From the NCBI GenBank assembly GCA_004022145.1, contig RCNU01000002.1: a DNA stretch of 64,000 nt. One strand, written 5' to 3'. Position numbers and translations under genes: made by a program. Source of the DNA: Paecilomyces variotii. Its lineage: Eukaryota. The notes under the pieces are model-generated. The model was not told where the DNA came from. It worked only from the letters and a program-made list of their open reading frames with translations, and did no database searches. Shown in pieces: positions 36,389-47,286 of this stretch (positions within the stretch are counted from its first letter, which is position 1; each line of letters begins with the position of its first letter).

Positions 36389-38365
36389 CATATAACCAAG
36401 TACGGTACAGTACATACCGCCTGGTAATTCGGAACTTCAACCCTCAAACATCGTTTGCTTCACTAGCCAACTAGACCTTCCATTCTACTTCCTACTGTCT
36501 CACCATTTCTACAACCACTGTTAGATGCCACCTATACTGGTGGATTAGAATGACTTCACAGCCAAGGGAGAATATACATCATTGCCGCCGTCTCTGATCG
36601 CTAGGGGTAACCAGTATGCAATGATACAAGCACCCTGACTGATGTCTTCAGAACGCCTGTTGAAACAAGGCAGTTCCCGCATAGTCGTTTACAGCAGAGA
36701 GACTATACCTACATGGGACTTACCGATGCACTCCCTGAGATCCTTGAGCACTGGCCATTATACTGACGCCGGTGTCTTGAATCCCGAATCTCCCTGCTGC
36801 GCCTCGACAACTCTACCTTTATCGGCTCCACGGTCTGCGGCGGAATTTCCTAGCCTAGCAAGAACGAAGTGTCTGTGGGTAAATAAAGGAGGAAAGCAAG
36901 TGTACTGCTCAATCAGCTGCAGAAGAACAGCGGATCGGTAGTGGCTCTGCGATACTTTCTCCGTATCTACTAATATAGACCAGGATCATTATATTATGCT
37001 AATTGCGGACAGCTACTGGACGGTCTCAGCCGGATTTCCCTCCCAATGGATGATCCAACGGTCAGAGCACACCGAATATCCGCGGTTGCATTTCAACGGA
37101 GATTTAGGGCTATCTAACAGCCGTTGGGCCCTGACTATAACGACTGTACCGAGTCCAGTAAGGTCATGTTGAACCATCTGGTCATAGCCTTGACCATGTT
37201 CCAGTCACCCGCTGGTTTGTCAGAATTGGAGCCCAATATGCCGAGGACAGTACTCCGAACTAGGCAGATTCCTACTCTCGCTGCTACGCGATCTGATGCT
37301 AGAGAGCCAGGGGAATAATCCACACTCAATGCAAGCCTTGTTTCCCATTCAACCCTTGACTTTATGCTCTTTCCTGTTCCTGCCGGACATCTACGCATAC
37401 TATGCTACGGCCCACATTATCCTTCAGGGTAACCAGTGGAGACTACCTTCACATCATCCTGTATTTGTGAACTGTGTCTGCATTCTGATTGCACCCTTGG
37501 AACAAGACCCTGACGAAAACCTAACATTTCCACCAATCTCTCGTCGTCATTGAATTCATAAGCTTTGCACTTTTGCAACCTGGGGCTGCCTCCCTGACTA
37601 GCTCCTTCTAACTTCCTTCTAGAATCCTTCCCTTTTTTACGGAGGCGATCTAGGACTGTGAAGCTAGTTGGGGGCTCCATGGCATCCGGAGTGAATTGCG
37701 CCCCGGCTATCTAGCTGTCCGCTCCCCACGCTGCACATAGGGGGGTGTATGATGGCGAATCCGATTGTTCATCCCTCAATCAGTCTTCCCTTTTTAGGCC
37801 GCATAAGGTTCTCACATAGGAGTTGGATGATCAATCTATCTTCTGTCCATTTTTAGCTAACGACGAATAGCAGTTCCCAGGCTTCTAGAACCCATCCAAG
37901 CCGTTGCGGGCCCTGCTTGACAAGCGATCCCAGGTCCCCGATCACTCCAGGATAGTTATTTGCCACGCTTCCCTTCATGCTGCTTTTCTCAATGACGACT
38001 TGCTCTTGTGCTAATATAATATCTACGACTCTCTGCTCTTTTGTTGCTTCTGAACCAACTCTCTACAGTTCCCCGAAGGTCTAATCTTAACGATATACGA
38101 TACGTGTCAGTGACAGCGATTGGCTAAGGCGGGGGTTAGTGTCGGCTTTGACGTGCGGTATTGCTACTGTATTATTTAGCCATTCCACCCTCATCGGTTC
38201 GAGCGCAGACTGAAAGTCAAAACACACGCGATACACTTCACCCACATCGACGGGAGAAGACCTCCTAGTCCCGCGCGACTTGAATTTTTTCTTCCTTTCT
38301 TCTTTTTTTTCGATATAACTGTTTGGCAGCCTGCCAGAGCTTTTTGGCTCTAGCGGCGCCGATGC

Positions 38366-39448
38366 ATGACTGCGACACTGGCGGATCCATACCGTGATTA
38401 CCAGATCGATTATTCCACTCATGAACACTGTAAAGCAGAAGAGCAGCAAGGCCTACTGGTTTATCAGACAACTCAACCGCAGGTGCTGCACCACGGTGCA
38501 CGGGCGGATGTCCCTTTCCCCTCTGGCAGTGCGCATCATTCTGTGTTTCAGCAACATCATCAGCATGGAACACCTACTGCGCTGCCACATGCGGGGAGCC
38601 ATCCCATTGCCCAAGATATTCACCAACCGGTGCTGCTCACTTCGCATCAAATGGTATCACCGCAGATGCAGTCGCACTATGGCTCTGCTCCCCTCCATGT
38701 TCCCTTCTCCGCACCGCGTGGGACAAAGAGGACTCGGCCGGAGGATGATGGAGAGGGTGACCATGACGACCGCCATCTCGGACTCCATCTTCCAATGCTC
38801 CCTCCCGAAGCTCATACAGAAGGGGCGCATCCGTCAGAATTACTTCTTTCCTCTCACGACGACTCGTCTTCCCATCGTCGAACGTCTCTCCACGCTTTTG
38901 TGCCTCCTCCGCCACCTCCAGCGCTCTTACATCATCAGCAACACCATCATCACCGGCTTCCTTCACAGGTCGTCTCCCATCAATCTCAGCATCAGGGGAC
39001 CGATATGACATCTCCCTCGCTACCATCCGGTCCGCCGAGTGTAGTAGGCCAAGCTGGAATGCCTGATCCTGCACCACGACCGCGCGGACCGAAACTCAAA
39101 TTTACTCCGGAGGAGGATGCGCTATTGGTAGAGTTGAAGGAGAATAAGAATCTGACATGGAAACAAATTGCGGACTTCTTCCCAGGGCGGACAAGTGGCA
39201 CGCTTCAGGTCCGATACTGCACCAAGTTAAAAGCTAAGGATACAGTCTGGACAGATGACATGGTCAGATTCCCCTCTTGGTATCTTGGGATGATTCGAAA
39301 ACCTGCGGGTTCTAACAGTCACTAATAGGTACACCGTTTACGAAATGCGATCCAAGAATATGAGAACGACCGGTGGCGGTTGATAGCGGCCAAAGTTGGT
39401 AACGGTTTTACTCCTGCTGCTTGCCGAGAAAAGGCAACTGAGCTGTGA
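38366..39448 (+). CDS. Myb/SANT-like DNA-binding protein with His/Gln/Pro-rich N-terminus (Myb gene A)
   Basis: KFTPEEDALLVELKENKNLTWKQIADFFPGRTSGTLQVRY, then intron 39263-39328 and a second repeat WTDDM|VHRLRNAIQEYENDRWRLIAAKVGNGFTPAACREKATEL*. Confidence 0.9.
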
Positions 39449-40778
39449 GCTTCAAAATCTGCCTATGTTTGGCCTATTATACGATGTTCTTGATTTTACT
39501 TAGGTCTTTATATGCTGCTGCTGCTTTCACTTGCCATATCAGATCGCAATCACAGGCGAAGGCGTATTCCCCGTAAGGGGGTTTTTTTTCCCCTAGACTA
39601 GACATTTCGTCTCCTTGCGTTATGATGTTTTGTACCTTTCTAATCAGCTTCTCTTCTATCTTCTTTTTGTTTTGCTATTGCACTGTTCAGGCACGGAAAA
39701 AGCGGTGAGGTAATGGGATGGCTAGCCGCGATGGCGCATGGTGAGAAGGACAGGTTTTGTGCTAGTTATTGGGACCGTTTCTACTGGAACATGGGGGGTA
39801 TATATTGCATGCGGTGCACTTTGGAGGAGACACATTGACGACCATTTTTCCTTAGTTTTTGCCATTCTGCTGGATACACATACTAATATCATCTTGTGGG
39901 CTGGGAGCGATTATGATCTGTGAAATAGTATTCTGTGACGCTTTCTGTTTCTCACGATACCCTTACACCGCCATTATGCGCTGGCTCTTGTTTTTATTGG
40001 TCTTTTTGTATTTTGGATCGAGATGTAATTGTCCTGTCCAGTACGCTGCAGCTAAGAAATCCTATCTTTCTAGTCTTATGCTCGCTCTACCGTCTCATCT
40101 CCGTTTCAGGCGATCTGGGCTTTTATGCGGTAGCTGGAAAGCTTATTTTTTCCCACTGACATTGAAACTGACCCGTCCAAAGTCTTCCATTGATCAAAAA
40201 AGGTCATTTATTAGCTGCAAGCTTCTGACGCAGACAAATGGATGACACGATTTGATCCTTGATTTATGCGAATGTGTTACACGGACATGGCGAGAGGAAA
40301 GCTTCATCGGTTTGATACTGCGAATGGTATAGTGGACAGATGCCTTTCAAGTTTGATAACGTCTGCAATACATGTATGTATACCAGAGCCTGGCAACAAG
40401 ACGTCCCGTAGTAGTACTTAAGTTGCTATCTACTTACTCGCAATCACAGAACACTACCAATCGGGAAGGTGAGGCTAATCCGAATGCGGAAATACTTCCA
40501 CGTGATAGGGCTAGCCCTTGAAAACGGCCTGATCGGGCATGACTGCGCAGTTGGTCACTGCCGACGGCCGCAGACGAAGCGAAAGCCAATCAGAGCGCGT
40601 GCAAACACACGGGCGGCTGACTAACCGTGACCGCACGACTCGGACGTTGACGCTCCAGCGCTCATCGCTCCATCGGCGGGCCGGGCGGCTTCAAACTCAC
40701 CTCACCTCGTCTGAACTTCCCAACCTTCCCTTTCTCCCTGTCCATCTCACCACCTCAATCTCCGCATCCACCAGGACA

Positions 40779-42005
40779 ATGTTTCTCCAGCGCACTGCCT
40801 TCGCCGTTGCAAGGCGCACGCCCATCAGGGCCATCGCCAAGCGCCCGTTCTCCTCGTCGATTATCCGCTGTACGTGACCCCATTTGACCGAGCTGTTTGC
40901 TATGAACAGCACCCCTTCACCTCACCCATCTCGACTCAATTGAGAGCAATCACGATGGATATACATTTCCTATCGCTGTCCGGACTAGTTTAGGGTGGGA
41001 TTTGTGCTGACGGGTGGTAATCTTTGGTTATAGGCGAGAAGTCGAAATACGAGGTCGACAAGCCCGGCAAGATCGTCTCCTTCGATGGTTCGTGTTGCAG
41101 CCCCTAAAATATGGCAAATAATACCCTTTATCGGCACTTCAATCGCGGTTCTTTCACTGGATCACCATGCCATGCCCCAATTGGTCTCGTCGGTCGGTCG
41201 GAAAACGAATCCGATTTCTCCCGCTCGTCTTTATATCGCCATATGATACATGTGAAAGGCCCATACGGGAAAGCTAACGTGCCTTTCTTTATATAGAGGT
41301 GAAGACGGAAGAGGACCTCCTCCCCCCTGGTGCTAAGCCCGGAACCATTCCTACCGATCTCGACCAGGCCACCGGTCTCGAGCGTCTGGAGTTGCTCGGA
41401 AAGATGCAGGGCATTGATATCTTTGACATGAGGCCTCTGGATGCCTCCCGAAAGGGTACGTCAACATACTTCTTTATGTTCCGGAAAACGCGCCCTGTTA
41501 TCGACCTATCGAACCTATCACGGTCGTTTACCATACACGACATGGATCGCGGTCTCGAGATTTTATGCGACGCTAAATACGAGATTCAATAGGAACCCTC
41601 GACAACCCCATCATTGTCAACGGCGCCGGTGATGAGCAGTATGCTGGATGCACTGGCTACCCCGCTGACTCTCACGTCGTCAACTGGCTGACGGTAAACC
41701 ACATCCTTGACGCGCCTTCATCTCGCGCAGCATTTCCCTATACATCGTTCATTTACTGATTAGACTGTGGTAGGTCTCTCGTGAGCGCCCTATCGAGCGC
41801 TGCATGGAGTGCGGCAATGTCATCAAGTACAACTACGTTGGCCCGGAGGAGGACCCCCACGCCCACGACCGTAAGTTGTCCCTGATTATGCTGTTCAGCA
41901 GACTGTTGCTGACAGATCCGCCCTCTAGACGGCCACCACCACCAGACCCACGAGGACCCCAAGACTTTCGCCGACTACGTTAAGCCTGAGTACTGGTACC
42001 GATAA
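40779..42005 (+). CDS. COX4: Cytochrome c oxidase subunit Cox4 (COX5B family), mitochondrial precursor
   Basis: Arg-rich presequence MFLQRTAFAVARR; PGAKPGTIPTDLDQATGLERLELL; zinc site GCTGYPADSH...RCMECG. Introns 40870-41033, 41088-41296, 41456-41592, 41694-41773, 41871-41928. Confidence 0.95.
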
Positions 42006-42901
42006 ATTACCAGCCAGCAGCATTATTTGCATGTCTTATACTCGCCTGTAAACCATAACTTGAAGCGTTGGCGCACTTGCAAAGGCCAAATGGGGAAGGA
42101 GGAATCCGAGGGGAAACGGTTTCATATCCCGCCTTCCCTTTTGTTCACTAGTCCTTGAGAGTCATCCTGTTAATGCCGTCGCCATCGCTCAAGAGCTGTG
42201 TCATTTCCCTTGTCAATTTGTAGAATACTCGCAGACCAATGAAGTTGTAGTAGAGGTTGTCCATTCATGGTTGCCATCTGACACATTAGACTCACCGCAT
42301 GTCGTTTGGCCCTCACTTGATTGAATATCGACTGAATATCGACTAGAAGGAAGGAAGGAAGAGCTACAGGGCGTAATGTGATGCACATGGTGCCAAATCG
42401 ATACATTAGTCGCCATCCGAGTGTATTATTTACCAGTTCCTTCCTCCAGACTGATTGTATATCGCCATGGATATCGGGCCTTGAAAGCAAGGAGAAAGCA
42501 TACTCAAGCGTGCTATATTTTCAATTACGACTCCGGATATATTTTCATGCATGGACGCAGCCATTGGCTGTCGATATAAATAAATAATATATATATAGTG
42601 GAGTATATATGCAAGTACCCATGAAACCGTATTTATATGCAACCTCATGCGCAAAATAAAGCTGCATATACATACAGGAAAACCAATATATAAGTATCAG
42701 AAGAAAAGGAGACGATCTATGTACTCTTGACAATGCGACGGACCTTTTAGCTCTAATTTTTTCCAAGATGATGTCTAATAATCGAAACCATTCTCAGCAG
42801 GAAAAGTTGGTTTATGCACATATCGACAAAACATCACACGTGGATATGTTTGATGGCGTCATCTATAGCAGGAATATATGCTCATGCTGAAGAGAAGAGC
42901 G

Positions 42902-44780
42902 CTAACGACCGAAGAAGCGAAGTTCGATGTATCGTAATGGTGGGTATACGATGGCGGCCCAGGAAAAACCGACGTAGTTGCCCATCTGAGATTCATTCAA
43001 AGTTAATATAATCTTTTCGAGATAAGGTAGTGAGGGGTTGAGGAGACTTACATCGGCACCGTATTCTCCTACAAGACCGGCAATAGGTCCTACGTACCAG
43101 ACCTGTGCCATGCAGAGGACAGCACCGACCCAGCCGACAACGAATGCGATAAAGGCGGCAATTCCAATGGGGAGCTTGGATGGATCGTTCCAAGCGGCCC
43201 AGTTATAGCCAGCACGGCGTCGGAAGATGTAACGTTCCTCGAGGAGGATGGCGAACCAGATGGCAACCCAGTATCCCATGAGGGCGAGGAAATTAGTGAA
43301 TATCTCGGATAGGTGACCACGACCAGCGAGGGCACAAACAGTATAAATGATAACGCCGAATGTGTTCCAGATGACTCGCGGAACCTTCTCTGCGTACCGG
43401 CCAAGGATCTGGAAGTCAATACTGGAGGAGTATGTTGGTGCGATGGTGTTCGCGACCAAGCCTAGTGCAACAACCACGGAGCAGAACTTGCCAAAGTTGT
43501 GAAGAGGGCCGAACCCTTCGACGATGAGAGCGCCGGCGCCTGTATTCCATGCCGCGGCATATTCAGGATGAGTAGCGATACCGCTTGCTAGTCCAATTCC
43601 GACAAGGAAAGCCAATGTGAAGGACGTCATCAGGCCCAACAGCGATAGAATAAAAAGGGTTGGCTTGGAAGTGCGCGTGGGATAGTAGACGAAGAAGTCT
43701 GCTGCTAAGGGACTGTATGTAATAGCAGCACTCAAGCAAATTGAGAAGAACGATAGTCTGCAAGGAAAGGCCTTATCAGAAGAGGAATCCCCGGTCTTCA
43801 AGGTCTCAGCTTACCTATTGCCAATAAGAGTACGGCGATCTCCTTGGGAAGGCGCTGACAGGTCGAATTTCTTCGCTGATGTGCCGTATAAAATGGGCAC
43901 CACTATCAGTTGAGGCAGAAACGCGAAACTTTGTATAGTTAGTAAGAAGATCCGATACAATAGTGACTGCGTCCTTACCGTTCATAGTAGTGGAAGATCT
44001 GGATACCAAATGTGGCTACTGCCCAACTGATGACGGCCACAATTACAATTCCTGTGGCACTGTTAGACAAGGATCGCAGCGCTGATCATGACTTCTGGTG
44101 ACTTACCAACAGCAACCGACATGCTGCCTCCAGGCGAAACTGCAGATAGGATCTGTCCTCCAACCACGCAATCGATCATACAGTATCCAATCATTTGAAT
44201 GAGATTCAGTAAGACCACAATCTTGCTTGGCCACCAACCCATGGAATATCTCCCAAACACCTGCATTAACATTAGACCATCTTCTTCTTGCCTGGTTTAG
44301 CAAACATTTAGGACTGCCAACCATTGTTCGATTTCCAGAGACTGGACCCCACGTGGCGCACCATGAAGCCACCAAAGATCCCACAAGCGCTCCAAGCACT
44401 GCACAAAGAGCTGAGTCAAGGAAGCTCAGATAATAGACCGCAGGACCAAGCATGCCCAGAGTGATATTATTGGCGGCCAGATTAATCGAAACCCACAGCA
44501 AGAACGACTGCAGGTAAGGCAGCCATGACAATTGGATACGTTCACTCTCCTCTACACGCTGTATCCCTCGAGCTTCGAGATTGTAACTAACGAGCTGCTT
44601 TTCAAAACTTCTCACGGCTGCCCCGATGCGCCCTGGGAGAGTCCAGCCATGCTGTCGCGAATCATAATCCGGAACACGATCGTCCACTAGGATTTCTCCA
44701 GGCTGATCTGAGCAGGCGATACCGAGCTCTGTCTTGTCATGGACAGCCGGTAGGGCGGGACGCCCATCTTTTCCTTCCAT
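42902..44780 (-). CDS. NCS1 / purine-cytosine permease (Fcy2/Tpn1-like) transporter; probable thiamine or thiamine-precursor transporter
   Basis: LEARGIQRV; GPVSGNRTM|VFGRYSMGWWPSK; AADFFVYYP; FTNFLALMGYW; LCMAQVWYVGPIA; YPPLRYIELRFFGR*. Introns 44261-44321, 44052-44106, 43929-43978, 43758-43814, 42986-43051. The substrate is inferred from the upstream TPP riboswitch. The true start may be an upstream ATG at 45216. Confidence 0.88.
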
Positions 44781-44940
44781 TTCTATAAACCTCCAGTCAG
44801 TATCGTCCCGCACGGGCGCAATGTGTGAGTCGACGAGACCGCCAGGACAGGACCCAGATTGAAAGAACAGGTCCAGTCTCAGTAGCTAGGGATCACAGGT
44901 GAATGCAAAGCAAAGGGTGGGGGCAGAAAAAGGAAAGCAC

Positions 44941-45161
44941 GCATGAGTCCTTTCGCTGGAATTATCCAGATCAAGTTCAACCGTATAATCTCAGAACGAC
45001 AATGAGCACCAGCTGCGCAACCTTCGGGACAAGCAATTGACTTCCTTTTGCTATAGACGACTTGCATATTTCACTGCGACACAGAATATGTCACACAGCA
45101 GAGGCACAAGCGAGTCCGAAGTTGCGCAGAGAGCCTACTTGTCGAACACCGGTCTTCATGC
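44941..45161 (-). ncRNA. TPP (THI-box) riboswitch aptamer in the 5' intron of the NCS1 permease
   Basis: Minus strand reads GCATGAAGACCGGTGTTCGACAA...TTGTCGTTCTGAGATTATACGGTTGAACTTGATCTGGATAATTCCAGCGAAAGGACTCATGC. P1 GCATGA/TCATGC, P2 ACCG/CGGT, J3/2 CTGAGA, P4/P5 core CTTGATCTGGATAATTCCAGCGAAAG. Confidence 0.93.
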
Positions 45162-46285
45162 AGGCACGTTACCTAGATACCTTGATCACGGACAAATCCA
45201 CACTACTCGTCTTCATAATGGCTCTCTTTTGTAGACTGATGAAATAGGAGAGGAGAGAGGTACAGAATAGAGAGAGATTTTGTTCACTCCCCGTCCGCAG
45301 AAATGGGAGGTTTCCAACGTTGCAGTGGCGGTCGTTTTGATCGCGGGGGAGCTCTTTGGCGCGAAGGAAATATCTTCCTGAATATCAGTCTCTGAACACA
45401 GATAGTTTTGCACGAACAAGCACAGACTCTTGAATTCTGCTGACTGACATTCGATGATATTTCCACTACTCGCTTCACCGTGGAGGCCCGTTGCTGCTGG
45501 AAATTTCTCCAAGGCCAAGGCCCAGACCATAGATACGAAAGTGGCGGGTGGGGAAGCGATTTTTTAACGGGGAACTTTTGATGAGAACCGTGCTCCCTCC
45601 CCACTCGTTGCGATTGTGAATCATCATGATCCTGTTGATATAGGCACAAATTCCTACTATAGTCGGTTCGCTCCAGTAAGTACGGCGGCAATACACGCGG
45701 ATTAATATATGGCTTTAAGTAGCCAGCGTGCGCGTCGCTACAGCTGCACGTGCACTTGATAAGGAGATCGCAGGGCATCATACATGGGCCAAGCTCGAGG
45801 TTTTTTTAAAGAGCCGGTCTAGATGTCATTGACAAAGATAGAAGAATGATCTGATTTGCATAGACATGAGTCTTCCTGAGATCCAGACAATTGCCACTAG
45901 AAATTTCGTAGAAAAAAAAAGTATCTGGGCAAGCTATGAAAGAGATGCATCCATTCATTACCCTGCTCGATGCCCCGATAAGAGTCCTTCCCCGCGAACC
46001 ATGGCAAGACGACGAAAAAGAACGAGACGGGATCCAGTGAATGGGTGACCCAGGGTATAGTCCATCGAATGCTCAAGGTCCAAGTACCGTTGCTGCTGAA
46101 ATCCAGATAAAAAAGTGCAGAAGCCACCAACTCCCAAAAGAGCCCATAAACCCGCGACTCCTGACCGTCACTGTTAGAAACCTGTGTCGCCAAAGAACAG
46201 TAAGAGCCGTAGCTGACTGCCAGTGGTGCAGAATATGTTGCTAATGAAAATGCATCCAATTCATCACGTCGTCAATTTCGTCAAT

Positions 46286-47286
46286 TTAGAGGTTTTTGAA
46301 ATGCTCTTTTGCGTACTGCTCGCAGGCCTTCTCGAACGGGTCAGCATGCGGGACTATATAAGTGCCCTCGCAGACACCATGAATGGGCCAGCTAAATACC
46401 TTCGCGGGTTTTCCAACTTTCTGTCCAATGACCTTCCACTTATTCGCCTCGTACTCTTTGATTGCCTCGCGTAGCGCTACCGACTGAAGAAAGGATTAGA
46501 AGGATGCGACAGTCAGTCGTGCGGGCGCAGTAAACATACCTCATCTTCGGCGAACTCGGCATAATGCATGTCCTGCCAGCAGGGATCAGTAAGAGCAATT
46601 GAGTCTTAAGTCTGCACGCAGGTGCTCACCTTGTACCAGTGCTTTTTCACACTTCCCTCGGTTCGAGTAGGGAATGTCTAGAGACGGCAACGTCAGTAAA
46701 GGCCAGCCCGGAGCGCATATCGAGACAGACTTTGGCAATTTCGCTCCAGCTCTTCCCAGCGTCGCGCATTGTCTTCAAACGTTGCTCTTCCTCGGCCGTC
46801 CACGGAGTGTTGGTCCGTCCCTTCTTCTTCCCTGCCGACTCTGGCGTAGCCGTAGCCGTGGCGGGATCCGTCACAGCGTCTGCTCTGCTAGCCGGGACAG
46901 GCGGCGCAGCCATGGTCGTTGTTGCGCCTGATGAGGGTGACGAGCGGCGTTTGCGTGGATTGGAAGGTGACACCTGGGTTGGCTGGGCTGGTAACGTCGG
47001 AACACCCTCAAAGGCAGCTGATCCGGGGAAAGCGGGCGCTTGCTGCTGGTTCAGAGATCGGGAAGGAGAGCTAGTTGTTGTCGACGTCTTGATCCGCTTG
47101 GAGGTAGGAGGAGACCTGGGACATGGACGACACGGTCAGCAAAGCGATGAAAGCTCACCCATCGCGGTGGAAGCGCGATAGCACATGACACAGGAACCTG
47201 GAAGCGACCGCGATATCTTCCCTGGATCGGACGGCAGTCCGACCAGAGCAACGGGACTTGGCAGTACAAGACAGCACTCACGACAT
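46286..47286 (-). CDS. Small two-repeat Myb/SANT-like protein (Myb gene B)
   Basis: Exons 47286-47282, 47115-46731, 46677-46630, 46572-46540, 46483-46400, 46327-46286 give MSSPPTSKRIK...PWTAEEEQRLKTMRDAGKSWSEIAK|TFPTRTEGSVKKHWYK|DMHYAEFAEDE|SVALREAIKEYEANKWKVIGQKVGKPAK|ACEQYAKEHFKNL*. Confidence 0.88.

Larger units (their letters stand above)
27274..36395. mobile_element. RIP-degraded Mutator-like (MULE-type) DNA transposon, ~9.1 kb including a nested element
   Basis: Abrupt AT-rich, TpA-rich island bounded by ~350-bp inverted repeats. Flanked by the direct repeat CCAAGTACGGTAC (27261-27273 and 36396-36408). Contains relic DDE transposase motifs. Confidence 0.8.

Noticed and set aside
27274-36395. 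AT-rich island as a centromere, NUMT, LTR element or Starship
   Set aside because: It is bounded by inverted rather than direct long repeats, has DDE-transposase relics and a RIP signature, and shows no mitochondrial genes, gag/pol or tyrosine-recombinase traces.
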